NCBI GenBank assembly: GCA_027459725.1
Contig: DAIDHK010000004.1
Location: 7,050-71,049 of the forward strand
Direction of reading: 5' to 3'
DNA: 64,000 nucleotides
Source: Candidatus Levyibacteriota bacterium
GTDB taxonomy: Bacteria; Patescibacteriota; Microgenomatia; Levybacterales; UBA12049
Position 1 is the stretch's first letter, and each line of letters starts with the position of its first letter. The notes below the pieces were generated by a model that saw nothing but the letters and a program-made list of their open reading frames with translations, searched no databases and had not been told where the DNA came from. Shown one piece after another: positions 1 through 11,578 of the stretch. A program made the position numbers and the translations under genes.

Positions 1-262
1 TTCCTGAGTCTCCGAAAAATACGTCTGTTACGCTTATACTATTTGGCCGTACTGTTTTTTTATTGTTAATCTTTTGAGAATTTAAGTCGCTTAAAGAAGA
101 AGAGGATTTTTTGACGTCTTTAAATATTTGCAAAACATGTTTTGCCTGCATAATATTGTTAATTACATTGTATCATCATTTATGATAATTGTATACCTTT
201 TACTTAGGTTCTTATAAATTTGCGCTTGTTTTATAAACCAAGTATAATTTTATGAACAAGAC

Positions 263-664
263 ATGAGATATTTATTGAGAAATACGGTCATATACTCATT
301 AACTTTATTTCTCTTACCTGAGGCATTTCCAGGTATAAAAGTGGAAGGTGGATTTCCCTTACTTGTTTTGGCAGGTTTTGTTCTCACTATACTTTATCTT
401 ATTGTTAAACCGATTTTGAATATAATTAGTTTTCCTATAAATCTTATTACCCTAGGATTGTTTTCTTTTTTTACCAACGTAATCATTCTATATTTATTGA
501 CAGTCTTTGTGCCAAATGTTATAGTCAGCGGATTCACATTTAGCGGGTGGTCATTTGCGGGTTTTTCTCTTCCAAAGACTAACTTGGGAATTTTTGAAGC
601 TTATGTTGTAATTGGGTTATCACTAGCTTTTTTTTCTGACATATTTAGGTGGATGGTAAAATAA
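263..664 (+). CDS. 4-TM membrane protein, phage-holin family IV / DUF360 (YvlD-like)
   Basis: 133 aa, four hydrophobic helices. Motifs PGIKVEGGF and TLGLF match the DUF360 pattern. Confidence 0.5.
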   Translation: MRYLLRNTVIYSLTLFLLPEAFPGIKVEGGFPLLVLAGFVLTILYLIVKPILNIISFPINLITLGLFSFFTNVIILYLLTVFVPNVIVSGFTFSGWSFAGFSLPKTNLGIFEAYVVIGLSLAFFSDIFRWMVK

Positions 665-1617
665 GGATTATGGAAAATAAAAATGTTGTTTGTATAGGCG
701 GCGGAATAGGCACATCTAATTTAATTAAAGGTATCAAAGAATACACACATAATATTACTGCAATTATTTCAGTGGCCGATAACGGTGGTTCCGCAGGCAG
801 ATTAAGAAGACTTTACAAAATGCATCCTCCAGGTGACATAATCTCATGTTTAGCAGCGTTATGTGATGATGAAAAGATTTCCAAATTACTAACTTATAGA
901 ATGCCTGGTGATAGATATGGAAAAGATGAAGTATTACCTGGACATAAAGTAGGGAATATCATGTTGGCAGCAACAAACCAGCTGACTGGAGATTTTGATA
1001 AAGGTATTGAATATTTAAAAACAATTTTTTCAATAAAAGGAAATGTATATTCTGCAACAAAAGATATTGTTGACTTAGTGGCTACTACAATAGATGGATT
1101 AACTATTGAGGGTGAGGAAACCATTGATTTGGGTGAATATACAGGTCAGCGAATTTTGACTGAAATTAAAATCAAACCTGGAAATCCTGCTGTCAATATA
1201 AATGTAATTCAGGCTATAATAGACGCAGATATAATTATCGCCGGTCCTGGAGATTTGTATACTGCAGTTTTACCTGTTTTAGTAGTGCCACAAATCAAAA
1301 ATGCATTGATGGAATCAAATGCAGAAAAAATATTCGTGGTTAATATTGCAAATAAACCGTTTGAAACAAAGGGATATAAACTGGAAGATTTTATATTAGC
1401 AGTAAAAAAACACTTAGGAAGTTTTCCATTTAGAAAGGTTATATGTAATAACAATTATTCTATTACAATTCCTCACAATTTACATTACTCATTTGTTAAA
1501 TTTGAAAATAATTTAGATAAGGACATTCGTTTCATAGTGGGAGATTTAGTAGATTCGGCTTTTCCTATTTATCATGACAAGCATAAGCTTGCAAAGCTGA
1601 TCGAAGAGAATATATAA
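649..1617 (+). CDS. Gluconeogenesis factor YvcK family (UPF0052/CofD-like)
   Basis: N-terminal GGGIGTSNLIKG and VADNGGSAGRLRR are the family signature. Overlaps the upstream gene by 16 bp. Confidence 0.8.
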   Translation: MDGKIRIMENKNVVCIGGGIGTSNLIKGIKEYTHNITAIISVADNGGSAGRLRRLYKMHPPGDIISCLAALCDDEKISKLLTYRMPGDRYGKDEVLPGHKVGNIMLAATNQLTGDFDKGIEYLKTIFSIKGNVYSATKDIVDLVATTIDGLTIEGEETIDLGEYTGQRILTEIKIKPGNPAVNINVIQAIIDADIIIAGPGDLYTAVLPVLVVPQIKNALMESNAEKIFVVNIANKPFETKGYKLEDFILAVKKHLGSFPFRKVICNNNYSITIPHNLHYSFVKFENNLDKDIRFIVGDLVDSAFPIYHDKHKLAKLIEENI

Positions 1618-1635
1618 TATCTAAAGAAATAAATT

Positions 1636-1845
1636 ATGATTCTCCAAATTTTACAAATTATAGTAGCTATACTGTTGATTGTGTCCATATTACTTCAGGC
1701 ACAAGGATCCGGAATTGGGACAGCTTTTGGTGGCGGTGGTGAGGTGTTTCGTAGCCGTCAAAGAATGGAAAAAGTGCTCGTAGCAGGAACTATTCTTTTT
1801 GCTACTGCTCTGGCCATTATCTCTATAATTCTCCTCAGGCAATAA
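1636..1845 (+). CDS. secG: Preprotein translocase subunit SecG
   Basis: 69 aa, two TM helices separated by the Gly-rich GSGIGTAFGGGGEVFRSR loop typical of SecG. Confidence 0.7.
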   Translation: MILQILQIIVAILLIVSILLQAQGSGIGTAFGGGGEVFRSRQRMEKVLVAGTILFATALAIISIILLRQ

Positions 1846-1852
1846 TTTATAA

Positions 1853-3205
1853 ATGCCTATGATTATTTTTAAACGTAGACTACTATTTTGGCTTATCAGA
1901 GCTTATCTCAAAAAATGGGGTAAGGTTATTGTTTTTTCTTTTCTAGCCGGTTTGGTTATCTTTTTTATTCTTTTCTATACCTCAAGTATCTTGATTCGGT
2001 TGATTCCTACACAAAAAAATGAAACTATTGGTATTGTTGGGTTTTATACAACAGATAGTCTACCCTCGTTCATTACAAATAAAATTGCAGATGGTTTAAC
2101 TACGGTTGACAGTAAAGGTAATATTAAACCTGATCTTGCTAAATCATGGGTGATCTCAGACAAGGGACATACGTATACATTCAAACTTGACTCAAACAGA
2201 ACATTTTCTGATGGTCACCACCTGACTTCTACTGATGTTAACTATAACTTCTCAGGTGTATCTGTGGAGAGGCCAAATAGCTATACTATATCTTTTCATT
2301 TGAAAGAAATATATTCTCCTTTCTTAGTAACTGTTTCACGTCCTATTTTTAGAAATTCTTATGTTGGTACAGGTAAATTCAGAATATCCAACGTCCAGCT
2401 AAATGGTAACTTTCTTGAAACAATAACGTTGGTTGATAATAGTAATCGTTTTAATACAGAAAAATATATTTTTTATTCTAATCCTGATGTCCTAAAAACT
2501 GCATTTCTATTAGGAGAGATTAATAAAATGACCATGCTTCCAGACACACAATACGAAAATTACAATTTTGCGAATTTCCCTAATGATACGGTCACCAGAA
2601 ATATACAATATTACAAATTGGTAACTCTTTTTTACAATACCCAAGACAGTGTTCTATCCGATAATCAGTTTAGAGATGCCTTGGGATACGCAATCCAGGA
2701 TAATTTTTCACAAGGAAAAAGAGCATACCTTCCTTATCCTCCCGGGGTCTGGTACTACAACACTACACTTATACCAAAGACACAGGATATAACGCATGCC
2801 AAACTTTTAATTGAAGCAAGCGGTCAGAAAGTTTCTACTTTAGATATAAAAACATTAAGCCAGTATTACACTACTGCGCAAGAAGTTGCCGCAGATTTTG
2901 CAAAGCTGGGAATTAAAACTAAAATTGAACAAGTTGATTCTATTCCAAGTAAGTTTCAAATTTATCTGGGAGAAATCTCTTTGCCGAAAGATCCAGACCA
3001 GTATACTCTGTGGCATGAAAAACAACCTGACAATATCAGTTTGCTGATTGATAAAAGAATAGATGAATATCTGGAGCAAGGTAGACAAACTATTGATCAA
3101 AGTAAACGTCAGACTATTTATAATAATTTCCAAAAATATTTAAGTGATCGGGAGCCCGCAACCTTTCTTTATTTCCCCTACTCCTATACTGTTACAAGAA
3201 AATAG
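1853..3205 (+). CDS. ABC transporter substrate-binding protein, family 5 (peptide/nickel type), N-terminal membrane anchor
   Basis: N-terminal TM helix. Segment DSKGNIKPDLAKSWVISDKGHTYTFKLDSNRTFSDG matches the SBP_bac_5 core. Confidence 0.55.
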   Translation: MPMIIFKRRLLFWLIRAYLKKWGKVIVFSFLAGLVIFFILFYTSSILIRLIPTQKNETIGIVGFYTTDSLPSFITNKIADGLTTVDSKGNIKPDLAKSWVISDKGHTYTFKLDSNRTFSDGHHLTSTDVNYNFSGVSVERPNSYTISFHLKEIYSPFLVTVSRPIFRNSYVGTGKFRISNVQLNGNFLETITLVDNSNRFNTEKYIFYSNPDVLKTAFLLGEINKMTMLPDTQYENYNFANFPNDTVTRNIQYYKLVTLFYNTQDSVLSDNQFRDALGYAIQDNFSQGKRAYLPYPPGVWYYNTTLIPKTQDITHAKLLIEASGQKVSTLDIKTLSQYYTTAQEVAADFAKLGIKTKIEQVDSIPSKFQIYLGEISLPKDPDQYTLWHEKQPDNISLLIDKRIDEYLEQGRQTIDQSKRQTIYNNFQKYLSDREPATFLYFPYSYTVTRK

Positions 3206-3212
3206 TATTTGT

Positions 3213-4553
3213 TTAAATAAATTTTTTGGATCTTAGAGTTCTATGGTATGTAATGGCAAAACGGTGAGCTTCATCTCTAATCCTTTGTAGTAATTGTAAG
3301 GCTCCCACTGAATGGGGAATTACCACTTCCCGAAACCTATTTTTAGGATCAATCTTACGATTATGACTATGTTCATCTATAACCAGTGGATGTTCTAATG
3401 GAATTACAATGGTTTCAATACGCTTAGCCAAACCTATTAATGGGATGCTAATGTCGTTTTCTTTAAAAACATCAAGAGCTGCCGATACTTGCCCCTTTCC
3501 TCCATCGACAATCAACAAATCAGGATATTCCCATTCCAAATGCTTGAATCTTCTTGTTAATACTTCTCTCATTGAAGCAAAATCATCTGGTGTTTTATCG
3601 AGTTTGACTTTAAATCTTCTGTATAATGATGATTCTTTTTCACCGTTGATGAAAACAACCAAAGAAGCTGTAGTGTTTGTCCCCTGAATATGAGAGATAT
3701 CATAACATTCAATCTTATTTAATCTATTTTGAATAGAATATCCGTTATGGTTAAGTATTTTTCTTAAATCTTCAAGTTCTTTAGAACGTAGATCGCTACG
3801 TAAATTAGGATTAAATTCGTATTCGAAAGGACTGTGTACTGGTTGGGCTATATAATTTAAGGCTTGAACTTTTTTTTGTAAAATATTGGCTGTTTCGAAA
3901 TCTTCACTTTTGCTAACTTTATCTCTTTCCTTTTCTAATTCTTTTTGTACTTTTCGAGATCCTCCTTCTAAAATATTTATTATTCTATATATAGATTTGC
4001 GATAATCTTTTTTTAATTTTGGTGAGTCAAATACCACAGGACACGGACAAAGTCCCAGATGATGATACAAGCAAACACGTTTAGAATGATTTTCTACTGA
4101 AACAAAAGGAAATATTCTACGAATTGTTTTTAGCACTAATTTCACTGATGAAGAGCTAGGATACGGGCCAAAATAAACTGAATTTTTATCATCAGGTCGA
4201 CGGGCAAATAAAATAGCAGGATAGTCTTTTTTTAAAGTTATTCTTATCAAAGGATACTGTTTTCCATCGGTCATTTTGACGTTGTAACGTGGTTCATATT
4301 TTTTAATATAATGAGCCTCTAGAAGCAGAGACTCTAGCTCTGATTCTACTTCAACTATTTTGATTTTAGCGATTTGGGAAACAAGAATTTGTGTTTTTTC
4401 TCCTAAGTTATTAGGGTTGGTGAAATAGGAAGAAACGCGGGATTTAAGATTCTTCGATTTGCCCACATAAATAACTCTACCTTTTTCATCTAGATACAGG
4501 TAGACGCCTGGCTTCTCGGGTAATGATAAATATGACGATGGTAAGTAATACAA
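3213..4553 (-). CDS. uvrC: Excinuclease ABC subunit C (UvrC), short form without the C-terminal (HhH)2 domain
   Basis: GIY-YIG N-terminus (PGVYLYLDEKGRVIYVGKSKNLKSRV), UvrBC-interaction region and RNase-H-like endonuclease region are present. The ORF ends before any HhH domain. Confidence 0.85.
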   Translation of the reverse strand: MYYLPSSYLSLPEKPGVYLYLDEKGRVIYVGKSKNLKSRVSSYFTNPNNLGEKTQILVSQIAKIKIVEVESELESLLLEAHYIKKYEPRYNVKMTDGKQYPLIRITLKKDYPAILFARRPDDKNSVYFGPYPSSSSVKLVLKTIRRIFPFVSVENHSKRVCLYHHLGLCPCPVVFDSPKLKKDYRKSIYRIINILEGGSRKVQKELEKERDKVSKSEDFETANILQKKVQALNYIAQPVHSPFEYEFNPNLRSDLRSKELEDLRKILNHNGYSIQNRLNKIECYDISHIQGTNTTASLVVFINGEKESSLYRRFKVKLDKTPDDFASMREVLTRRFKHLEWEYPDLLIVDGGKGQVSAALDVFKENDISIPLIGLAKRIETIVIPLEHPLVIDEHSHNRKIDPKNRFREVVIPHSVGALQLLQRIRDEAHRFAITYHRTLRSKKFI

Positions 4554-6309
4554 TGAAAAAACCTCCTATAATTAAATCTTTGGTGAGAACAAAAGGTGCA
4601 GTTACGACATAGGCAGTAATTGTGCGACCAGTAAGCTGTATTGTAAAAGGATAGGTGCGATTTGTCAAAAAAGGCACGCTGTTAAAATAAAAATTATCCT
4701 GTATTGTTCCATATGGAGGTATGGGTTGTAAATCGACTTCCTGGGATGATGGGGATAAAGTAGAAGAAGAAATAAGAACTTTATGTTCAGATGTCATAAT
4801 TTGTCCGCTGTTGGTAACTTGTATTTGTCCTTGCATGGGGAATCCAGCAAAATATTTATCATTAGTTACAGGTGAAAAAGAAAATTGTTCAAGAGGTAAG
4901 TGAACCGGAGGAGAAAAAGTTACGGAAACGTCCTTTGTATTTTTATCTCCTTGTGTTTTATATGTTCCGGCAGGAAGAGGATAAGTACTATCAGCTCCTT
5001 TAACTACAAATGCTACATGGTCAAAATCCAGCTGGTGAAAATAATCTATACCATGTGTGGTATTACCCCAGGTTGGATCCACCATAATCCATGTTTTTTT
5101 CTGATAATTGTAATATTCTGGCCATGCATGAAGAATGTCTTTTACATATGATAAGGGCCTAAGTTTGGTATTTTGCGTATAGGCATAACCGTCCACTTCT
5201 CTGGCTGGTATATTAGCAGCTCTGGCTAAAGCAATAAAAAGATCGGTAAATTCCAAACAGACGGCTGATTGGGGATTATTATAGACAGCTGCCGCTCCAA
5301 GTCGGGGTTCATTATTGTTGATGCGAGTAAAATCATAATGCAAATAGTTTACAACAAAGTTATAAATTGCTTCCGGAGTTTTTAATTCCTTGGCCTTAGT
5401 CTGAATCTGCGAATTATCTGCTTCCCAATAGGTTTGTGACTTTAAATCCTGAGCCCTTTGTTCTGCAGTTAGCACTTCAGGAGTTGGATGATCAGATACT
5501 ATTATATTCCCAGATGCTATTACATTAATTTGTTGGGAAGGTAGTAAATAATACTGAGCTATCCAGTTTCCATCAGAGTCCAATGAGACATTTTGCGGAG
5601 CGGGATTTAGTTTATCTAAAATGACAGTTTGATAATTTGTTGTGGGAGGTAGTGCAATTTCTGTTTTAATCGGGAAAACATTCGTATTTTTTAGATGATA
5701 CGTCAGGTTGTAACCATATGTCTGTTTATTACCAAAAGATATTGATATGCCTGAGTTTTTAAGGTCATTTTTTGTAAAATATAGATCATTATTTGTTATA
5801 TAGGGCTTTACAATACTAGGTAAGCCGAAAGTTACAGGTACATTAACTTTTATGGTTAAATCAGAAAGTTCTTGTTGGTCATACATGGCTGGGATATTCA
5901 TTTCCCAGATATTTCCTTCTTTTTGCATGATATCAGGCGTGTCAAATGAGAGATTAAAAACAAGTTTTTTCCCTACCCCAGCAACTTTGTTGTTAAATGG
6001 TAATATAACAGTTACTTCAGAATCTATTTCTTTTGTAGAGTATTTAATATTACCTAACTTGTCGGACGCTTGTATATTCGTCATATTAGAGAAATCAAAT
6101 TTCATGGAGATGGAAGTGGCGTATTTCTGAGTTATTTTGTTGGTAAGTGTACCTGTTAAATCAACGTGAGTAGTACCATCAGTTTGGGCGGTATAAATTA
6201 TGTTGTAACCAGTTAAAAAGTTAGAATCTGCGTATGATGGATTAATAAACAAAAAAGCGTAAGTAAGAATTGAAAAAACACAATAGAATAAATATTTAAA
6301 TATCTTCAT
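4486..6309 (-). CDS. Secreted/membrane-anchored transglutaminase-like cysteine protease domain protein
   Basis: Signal peptide present. Catalytic core CLEFTDLFIALARAANIPAREVDGY plus downstream HAWPEYY...DPTW (Cys-His-Asp). C-terminal TM helix. The 3' end overlaps uvrC by 68 bp. Confidence 0.6.
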   Translation of the reverse strand: MKIFKYLFYCVFSILTYAFLFINPSYADSNFLTGYNIIYTAQTDGTTHVDLTGTLTNKITQKYATSISMKFDFSNMTNIQASDKLGNIKYSTKEIDSEVTVILPFNNKVAGVGKKLVFNLSFDTPDIMQKEGNIWEMNIPAMYDQQELSDLTIKVNVPVTFGLPSIVKPYITNNDLYFTKNDLKNSGISISFGNKQTYGYNLTYHLKNTNVFPIKTEIALPPTTNYQTVILDKLNPAPQNVSLDSDGNWIAQYYLLPSQQINVIASGNIIVSDHPTPEVLTAEQRAQDLKSQTYWEADNSQIQTKAKELKTPEAIYNFVVNYLHYDFTRINNNEPRLGAAAVYNNPQSAVCLEFTDLFIALARAANIPAREVDGYAYTQNTKLRPLSYVKDILHAWPEYYNYQKKTWIMVDPTWGNTTHGIDYFHQLDFDHVAFVVKGADSTYPLPAGTYKTQGDKNTKDVSVTFSPPVHLPLEQFSFSPVTNDKYFAGFPMQGQIQVTNSGQIMTSEHKVLISSSTLSPSSQEVDLQPIPPYGTIQDNFYFNSVPFLTNRTYPFTIQLTGRTITAYVVTAPFVLTKDLIIGGFFIVLLTIVIFIITREARRLPVSR

Positions 6310-6389
6310 GCAGTTAATCCATTTTAAACGAGGGGGGTGAGGATGACAAGATGATGAAAAATTGAATTAATAGTTAATATTAGAGTAGT

Positions 6390-9290
6390 CTATTTATTAA
6401 TCACCCTTTTCAAAAATCTTCCCGTTTCCGATCTTGAATTATCAGCAATTTCTTTTGGAGTTCCTTCAGCAACAATTTCCCCACCTTTTTCTCCTCCTTC
6501 AGGTCCAAGATCGACTATGTAATCAGCATTCTTTATTACATCAAGATTATGTTCAATCACTATAATAGAGTTTCCCTGATCTGTTAATTTTCGTAGTATA
6601 AACAGTAATTTTTCCAGATCAGCAAAATGTAAGCCTGTGGTTGGCTCATCGAGGAGATAAAGAGCATCTCGCCCTCGTTTTGATAGCTCTGCTGCCAGTT
6701 TTACTCTTTGGGCTTCTCCTCCTGATAAAGTGGTAGCAGGCTGACCTAATCCAATATACGATAAACCTACATCATTGAGTGTTTGTAGTTTATGGGCAAG
6801 ACTTGGTACAAAGTTAAAGAATTTCAAAGCTTCTTCTACACTCATATCCAAGACATCAGCAATGTTTTTGCCATTGAAAAGAATTTCTAATGCTTCATTA
6901 TTATACTGTTTACCTTGACAAACATCACAAGTTACATAAACATCAGGCAAAAACTGCATTTCAATTTTAATTTGTCCTTCACCTTCACAAGCTTCACAAC
7001 GACCACCCTTCACATTAAATGAAAATCGTCCCGGGCCGTAACCTCTAACTTTGGCTTCTTTAGTAGAAGCGAATAGTTCTCGAATGTATGTAAAGGCACC
7101 TGTGTATGTTACCGGATTACTGCGGGGAGTTCTCCCAATCGGTGATTGATCTATAGAAAACACATTTTTTATATATTCATCTCCCTTTAAAGAATCAAAT
7201 TCGCCAGGTTTATGCCGGTGGTAGGGGTTTTCTTTTTGCATCAGACCATGATATAAAATGTCATTAATCAAAGTTGACTTTCCGCTTCCTGAAACACCTG
7301 TTACTACAACCAGTTTATTTAAGGGAATTTTTACTGTAACATTTTTTAAATTGTGCTCACGGGCACCGGTAATAGTTAAAAAGTGCTCTTCTTTAGTCAG
7401 TAAACTGTCTTTTTTCTCCGGAGGGAGTATTTTAATCTTTTTCTTGCCTGATAAATATTGTCCTGTTATAGAGTTTTTATCAGTAATAATCTGATCAGGA
7501 GTTCCCTGAGCAATAATGTAGCCTCCTTGTTGTCCTGCTCCAGGTCCAAAGTCATATATATAATCAGAAGCCAGCATTGTGTCTTCATCATGCTCTACGA
7601 CTAAAACAGTATTGCCAAGATTTTTCAATTTTTTAAGAGTTTCAATTAACTTGCTATTATCTCTCTGATGCAAGCCAATTGATGGCTCATCTAGAACATA
7701 CAACACTCCGGTTAAACCACTTCCAATTTGAGAAGCTAATCGAATTCTTTGTGCCTCTCCTCCTGCCAGGGTTGAAGCACTTCGAGAAAGAGTTAAGTAG
7801 TCCAAACCAACATCATATAAGAAATTTAATCTCTCTCTAATTTCTCGCAAAATCAGTTTGGCAATTTCTCCTTCTCTTTTCGAGAAAAAATTTGGGAGCT
7901 CATTTATGAAACCTCTTGCACTGTCTATGTCCATGTTAGTAATATCCACAATTGACTTGCCTTCAATGGTAACTGACAAAGCTTCTTTTTTTAACCTCCC
8001 TCCATGACAGACTGGACAAGTGTCAAAGCGCATGAATTTTTCAATCTGACCTTTGACAAATTGAGAGTCAGACTCATTAAATCTTCTTTTTAACTCGTAA
8101 TTAATTCCACGGAAAGGTTCTGAAATAATTGTTTCATGACCCAGTCTATTCTCTCCCTCAACTAAATATTCACGGTCGCCGGTACCATTTAGTAACAAAT
8201 CTTTTTTTTCCGTGTCTAGATCTTTAATTATTTTATTTAAAGGAATGTTATTCTCCTGACAAAAAGTTTTAAAAGTTCTCGAAAACCAAGTATCGCTGGT
8301 ACCAAGATTAAAAAAAGGAGTTATTCCACCTTCACTTATAGTTAAATTGTTATTGAAGACCAAGTCTTTATCTACAATTAGTACTCTTCCTAACCCCGAA
8401 CAATTCGGACATGCTCCATGAGGCGTATTAAACGAGAAGATTCTGGGTTCAATTTCAGGCAAGGAAATGTTACAAACAGGACAAGAAAATTTTTCTGAAT
8501 ACAAATGATCTTCCATGTCTTTGGGATACTCAGGTAAGTCAAAAGTTTTATCATTAATAACTGTAACTTTCATTTCTCCATTACCATATTGAAGTGCCTG
8601 TTCGACATCAGTAGCCAATCGGTTACGGTCTGTCTCTTTTGCAATAATCAGTGCATCTATTATCAGATCAATTGAATGCTTATTGGTTTTTATCAAGACA
8701 ATGGTATCATCCAGCGAATAAACTTTATTATCGATACGAACTTTCCTGTAGCCTCGTTTCTTAAGACTAACAAATAAATCTGAATATTCACCTCTTCTAT
8801 CCTTTACAATAGGAGCGAGAAGTAAGACACGCACGAGCTTATTGCCATATATTTGATTTTCGTGCATCTTAAAAATGCTGTCAGTAATTTGCTCTTTTGA
8901 CTGCTGGGCAATTTCCCTTCCACAATTTGGACAATGAGGATGTCCAACGCGGGCAAATAGCAAACGCATATAATCATATATTTCTGTAACCGTTCCTACT
9001 GTCGAACGAGGATTATGACTGGCTGATTTTTGGTCAATAGAAATAGCGGGAGATAAACCTTCAATCAAATCAACGTCTGGTTTTTTCATTGTTCCTAAAA
9101 ACTGTCTGGCGTATGACGATAAACTTTCTACATACCTTCTTTGTCCTTCTGCGTAAACGGTATCAAATGCTAAGGAAGATTTTCCACTACCGGAGAGTCC
9201 AGTCAATACAACCAGTTTATTTTTAGGAATTTCCAAATCAATATTCTTGAGATTGTGCTCTCTAGCACCTTTAATTGTAATCTTGTCCAT
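6390..9290 (-). CDS. uvrA: Excinuclease ABC subunit A (UvrA)
   Basis: 966 aa with two ABC ATPase modules ([12 protein letters not shown] / [11 protein letters not shown] Walker A, LSGGE signatures) and zinc-finger CxxC pairs. Confidence 0.95.
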   Translation of the reverse strand: MDKITIKGAREHNLKNIDLEIPKNKLVVLTGLSGSGKSSLAFDTVYAEGQRRYVESLSSYARQFLGTMKKPDVDLIEGLSPAISIDQKSASHNPRSTVGTVTEIYDYMRLLFARVGHPHCPNCGREIAQQSKEQITDSIFKMHENQIYGNKLVRVLLLAPIVKDRRGEYSDLFVSLKKRGYRKVRIDNKVYSLDDTIVLIKTNKHSIDLIIDALIIAKETDRNRLATDVEQALQYGNGEMKVTVINDKTFDLPEYPKDMEDHLYSEKFSCPVCNISLPEIEPRIFSFNTPHGACPNCSGLGRVLIVDKDLVFNNNLTISEGGITPFFNLGTSDTWFSRTFKTFCQENNIPLNKIIKDLDTEKKDLLLNGTGDREYLVEGENRLGHETIISEPFRGINYELKRRFNESDSQFVKGQIEKFMRFDTCPVCHGGRLKKEALSVTIEGKSIVDITNMDIDSARGFINELPNFFSKREGEIAKLILREIRERLNFLYDVGLDYLTLSRSASTLAGGEAQRIRLASQIGSGLTGVLYVLDEPSIGLHQRDNSKLIETLKKLKNLGNTVLVVEHDEDTMLASDYIYDFGPGAGQQGGYIIAQGTPDQIITDKNSITGQYLSGKKKIKILPPEKKDSLLTKEEHFLTITGAREHNLKNVTVKIPLNKLVVVTGVSGSGKSTLINDILYHGLMQKENPYHRHKPGEFDSLKGDEYIKNVFSIDQSPIGRTPRSNPVTYTGAFTYIRELFASTKEAKVRGYGPGRFSFNVKGGRCEACEGEGQIKIEMQFLPDVYVTCDVCQGKQYNNEALEILFNGKNIADVLDMSVEEALKFFNFVPSLAHKLQTLNDVGLSYIGLGQPATTLSGGEAQRVKLAAELSKRGRDALYLLDEPTTGLHFADLEKLLFILRKLTDQGNSIIVIEHNLDVIKNADYIVDLGPEGGEKGGEIVAEGTPKEIADNSRSETGRFLKRVINK

Positions 9291-9366
9291 GATAAACGAA
9301 TGTTTAGTTGATGAACCATTATAAAGGAAATCTTAAGGACTGGCAATATATCAAACTGAGTGCCAT

Positions 9367-10530
9367 TTAGGTAGAGTTTGTTGTGGGTAAACCATGTGCT
9401 TTTAATACATTCACTGGAACAACAAATAACGAATTACTCTTTTTATCCAAAGGAGCTGTGAATGGTGAATGAGTCAGTGCGGCAGCAACAACTTTTTTAT
9501 CTCTCAGACCACCAACTATTGTCCAGCTTATTTCTCTACCTCTCTCATCAATCCCAACAATAATTTGTTTGATAAATAATGTATGAATCAAATCACTTCC
9601 ATGTGCACCGGTCTGCGATAGTGGAGGCATATCATCTGTTGTAGCGATAGCAAAAGGAGGTACAATAAGCTGGTGCCTTTTATTGTATTCTCTTATAGTC
9701 GTTATATATGGTCTTTGCATATCGTATGTATACATTCCCTCATGACCAAGTAGACCTATATATCCATTTTGTAAAAACACAATCTGATTGCTTCCAGGCC
9801 AGGATAATTTTTCCGTGCTCGGTCTACCGTCGTCTACATCATTACGACTATTAGTACTAATTGAGGAAATATAGCCTTGTAAATGTTTTGGATCTTGATC
9901 ATTTACACTACCCATTCTAAATCCAGAGGTTATACCGTTCTCTACATTACCTGTTCTGTATCTGGCAACAATGTATGTTTTTCCTTCTAGAAAACCAAAT
10001 ATAAGATCTTTTTGACCTTCTTCCCCCTTAGCAATCTGTTTAGTATCCCATCGTTTACCTCTCAAACTCACTTTATTTACTCCTGGTCTCCAACTCTCTA
10101 CTAAACCAGACCCATCCGAGCGATTAGTAGTATCAGTATGTGACAAGTATAGATCAGGACCCAGCAATGAAGGTGCTGGGGTAGGATCTTCTCCAGGAAT
10201 AGATAGTCCGTCTTGTACCCATCTCATTTTGTCACCCACTATAACTGGATCTGCTGAAATTACTTGTCCATGTTGAGTACCTGGGATGTCTCCTCTTCCA
10301 ATAAAGATCATTTTATTCTTAAAGAAGACAAATACTCCGTTATATATATCTAAGGGTTTTTTCGGGTTTTTGGATTCAACATTAATTATCCTGGCTGAAT
10401 TAGGCTCTATCCAGCCCCTTCCTTTGGCCTTGAGTCCTTCATATCCATTAACCAAACTTTCCAAATAAGGTGAGGTTTTGCCTAGTGGTAAATCAACTAG
10501 ACGTATTGTACTGCTAGCTTCAACCATCAT
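9367..10530 (-). CDS. Hypothetical protein, compositionally atypical (GC-richer)
   Basis: Long clean ORF of 387 aa. No motif recognised. Codon composition differs from its neighbours. Confidence 0.4.
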   Translation of the reverse strand: MMVEASSTIRLVDLPLGKTSPYLESLVNGYEGLKAKGRGWIEPNSARIINVESKNPKKPLDIYNGVFVFFKNKMIFIGRGDIPGTQHGQVISADPVIVGDKMRWVQDGLSIPGEDPTPAPSLLGPDLYLSHTDTTNRSDGSGLVESWRPGVNKVSLRGKRWDTKQIAKGEEGQKDLIFGFLEGKTYIVARYRTGNVENGITSGFRMGSVNDQDPKHLQGYISSISTNSRNDVDDGRPSTEKLSWPGSNQIVFLQNGYIGLLGHEGMYTYDMQRPYITTIREYNKRHQLIVPPFAIATTDDMPPLSQTGAHGSDLIHTLFIKQIIVGIDERGREISWTIVGGLRDKKVVAAALTHSPFTAPLDKKSNSLFVVPVNVLKAHGLPTTNST

Positions 10531-10605
10531 GTTACTAATACTTAATGTCTATTATAACCGTTTAAAAATTTGATGCAAATTGATGCATAATGTATACTCA
10601 CATCA

Positions 10606-11502
10606 ATGAACAACGATGTGTTTTATCAAAAATTTTTAAGTGAATTTGAAAACGTGTTCAAATTAGCCGTAAATACTCTTACTAATGAATTTCAGAATTC
10701 AAATTTTGTAGAGCATTATCTTGATGATTTTTTTTCACCATTTGTCGCGTTAACAAGGTCTGGAAAAAGAATTAGACCATTTTTAATATGTCTTGGAAAA
10801 GGTAAAATTGATAAAGAGTCTTTATATTGTGGAGTGGCAATAGAGATTTTACATACAGCTGCGCTTGTGCATGATGATATTATTGATAAATCGGAATTAA
10901 GACGAAATGTAGCTTCTGCACATAAAGCGTATGTAAAAGAAGGTTATTCTCAAGATTCAGCAATATTACTGGGAGATTATCTCATAACTTATTCTAATGA
11001 ACTACTCTACAAACAATGTCCTCAAATAGTGCCAGATTTTATGCGTATGCAAAAACAGTTATATTTAGGTCAGTTTTTCGAAATGGCTAATTGGGGTAAG
11101 AAAGTAGATTATTCTGTCAGTGAAAATATTGCGATAGAAAAGTCAGTCAATTATACTTTTAAATATCCTTTGCAATTTGGACTCAGTATGGAGGGTAAGA
11201 ACGTCCATCTGCTAGATCAATATGCATATAACATTGGTCTTGCGTTTCAAATGAAGGATGATTGGCTTGATGAAGTGGGAACCACTGAAAAGAGCAGTAA
11301 TGATGAAAAAAATAATGTACCCAATATTGTTCAGCAACTGTTATTACAAAACAAACATGATATGATCAAAACCAAACAACAAGTTGAAATCAGATTAGAT
11401 GATTATCTTAATAAAGGACTTAATGTTTTTAAAAATATTAGTCTAAATAACTATCAAATAGATTCTCTTAAAAACTTAGCAGTTTTTTGTTCTTCTATTT
11501 AA
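10606..11502 (+). CDS. Polyprenyl (isoprenyl diphosphate) synthetase
   Basis: First Asp-rich motif LVHDDIIDKSELRR (DDxxD) and second motif FQMKDDWLD. Confidence 0.85.
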   Translation: MNNDVFYQKFLSEFENVFKLAVNTLTNEFQNSNFVEHYLDDFFSPFVALTRSGKRIRPFLICLGKGKIDKESLYCGVAIEILHTAALVHDDIIDKSELRRNVASAHKAYVKEGYSQDSAILLGDYLITYSNELLYKQCPQIVPDFMRMQKQLYLGQFFEMANWGKKVDYSVSENIAIEKSVNYTFKYPLQFGLSMEGKNVHLLDQYAYNIGLAFQMKDDWLDEVGTTEKSSNDEKNNVPNIVQQLLLQNKHDMIKTKQQVEIRLDDYLNKGLNVFKNISLNNYQIDSLKNLAVFCSSI

Positions 11503-11578
11503 CGGTCAGAATCATACAAAGTTTTTACTCTGATGATATGTAAGCCAGTTTAAAGATTGCTATATTTGAGTTACGGTT

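Noticed and set aside
894-1454. Antisense ORFs inside the YvcK gene (894-1124, 1209-1454), with similar cases inside uvrA, uvrC, Res, pilB and other genes
   Set aside because: They lie entirely within well-supported genes on the opposite strand, are short and low-complexity, and have no motifs. They are typical shadow ORFs of AT-rich DNA.
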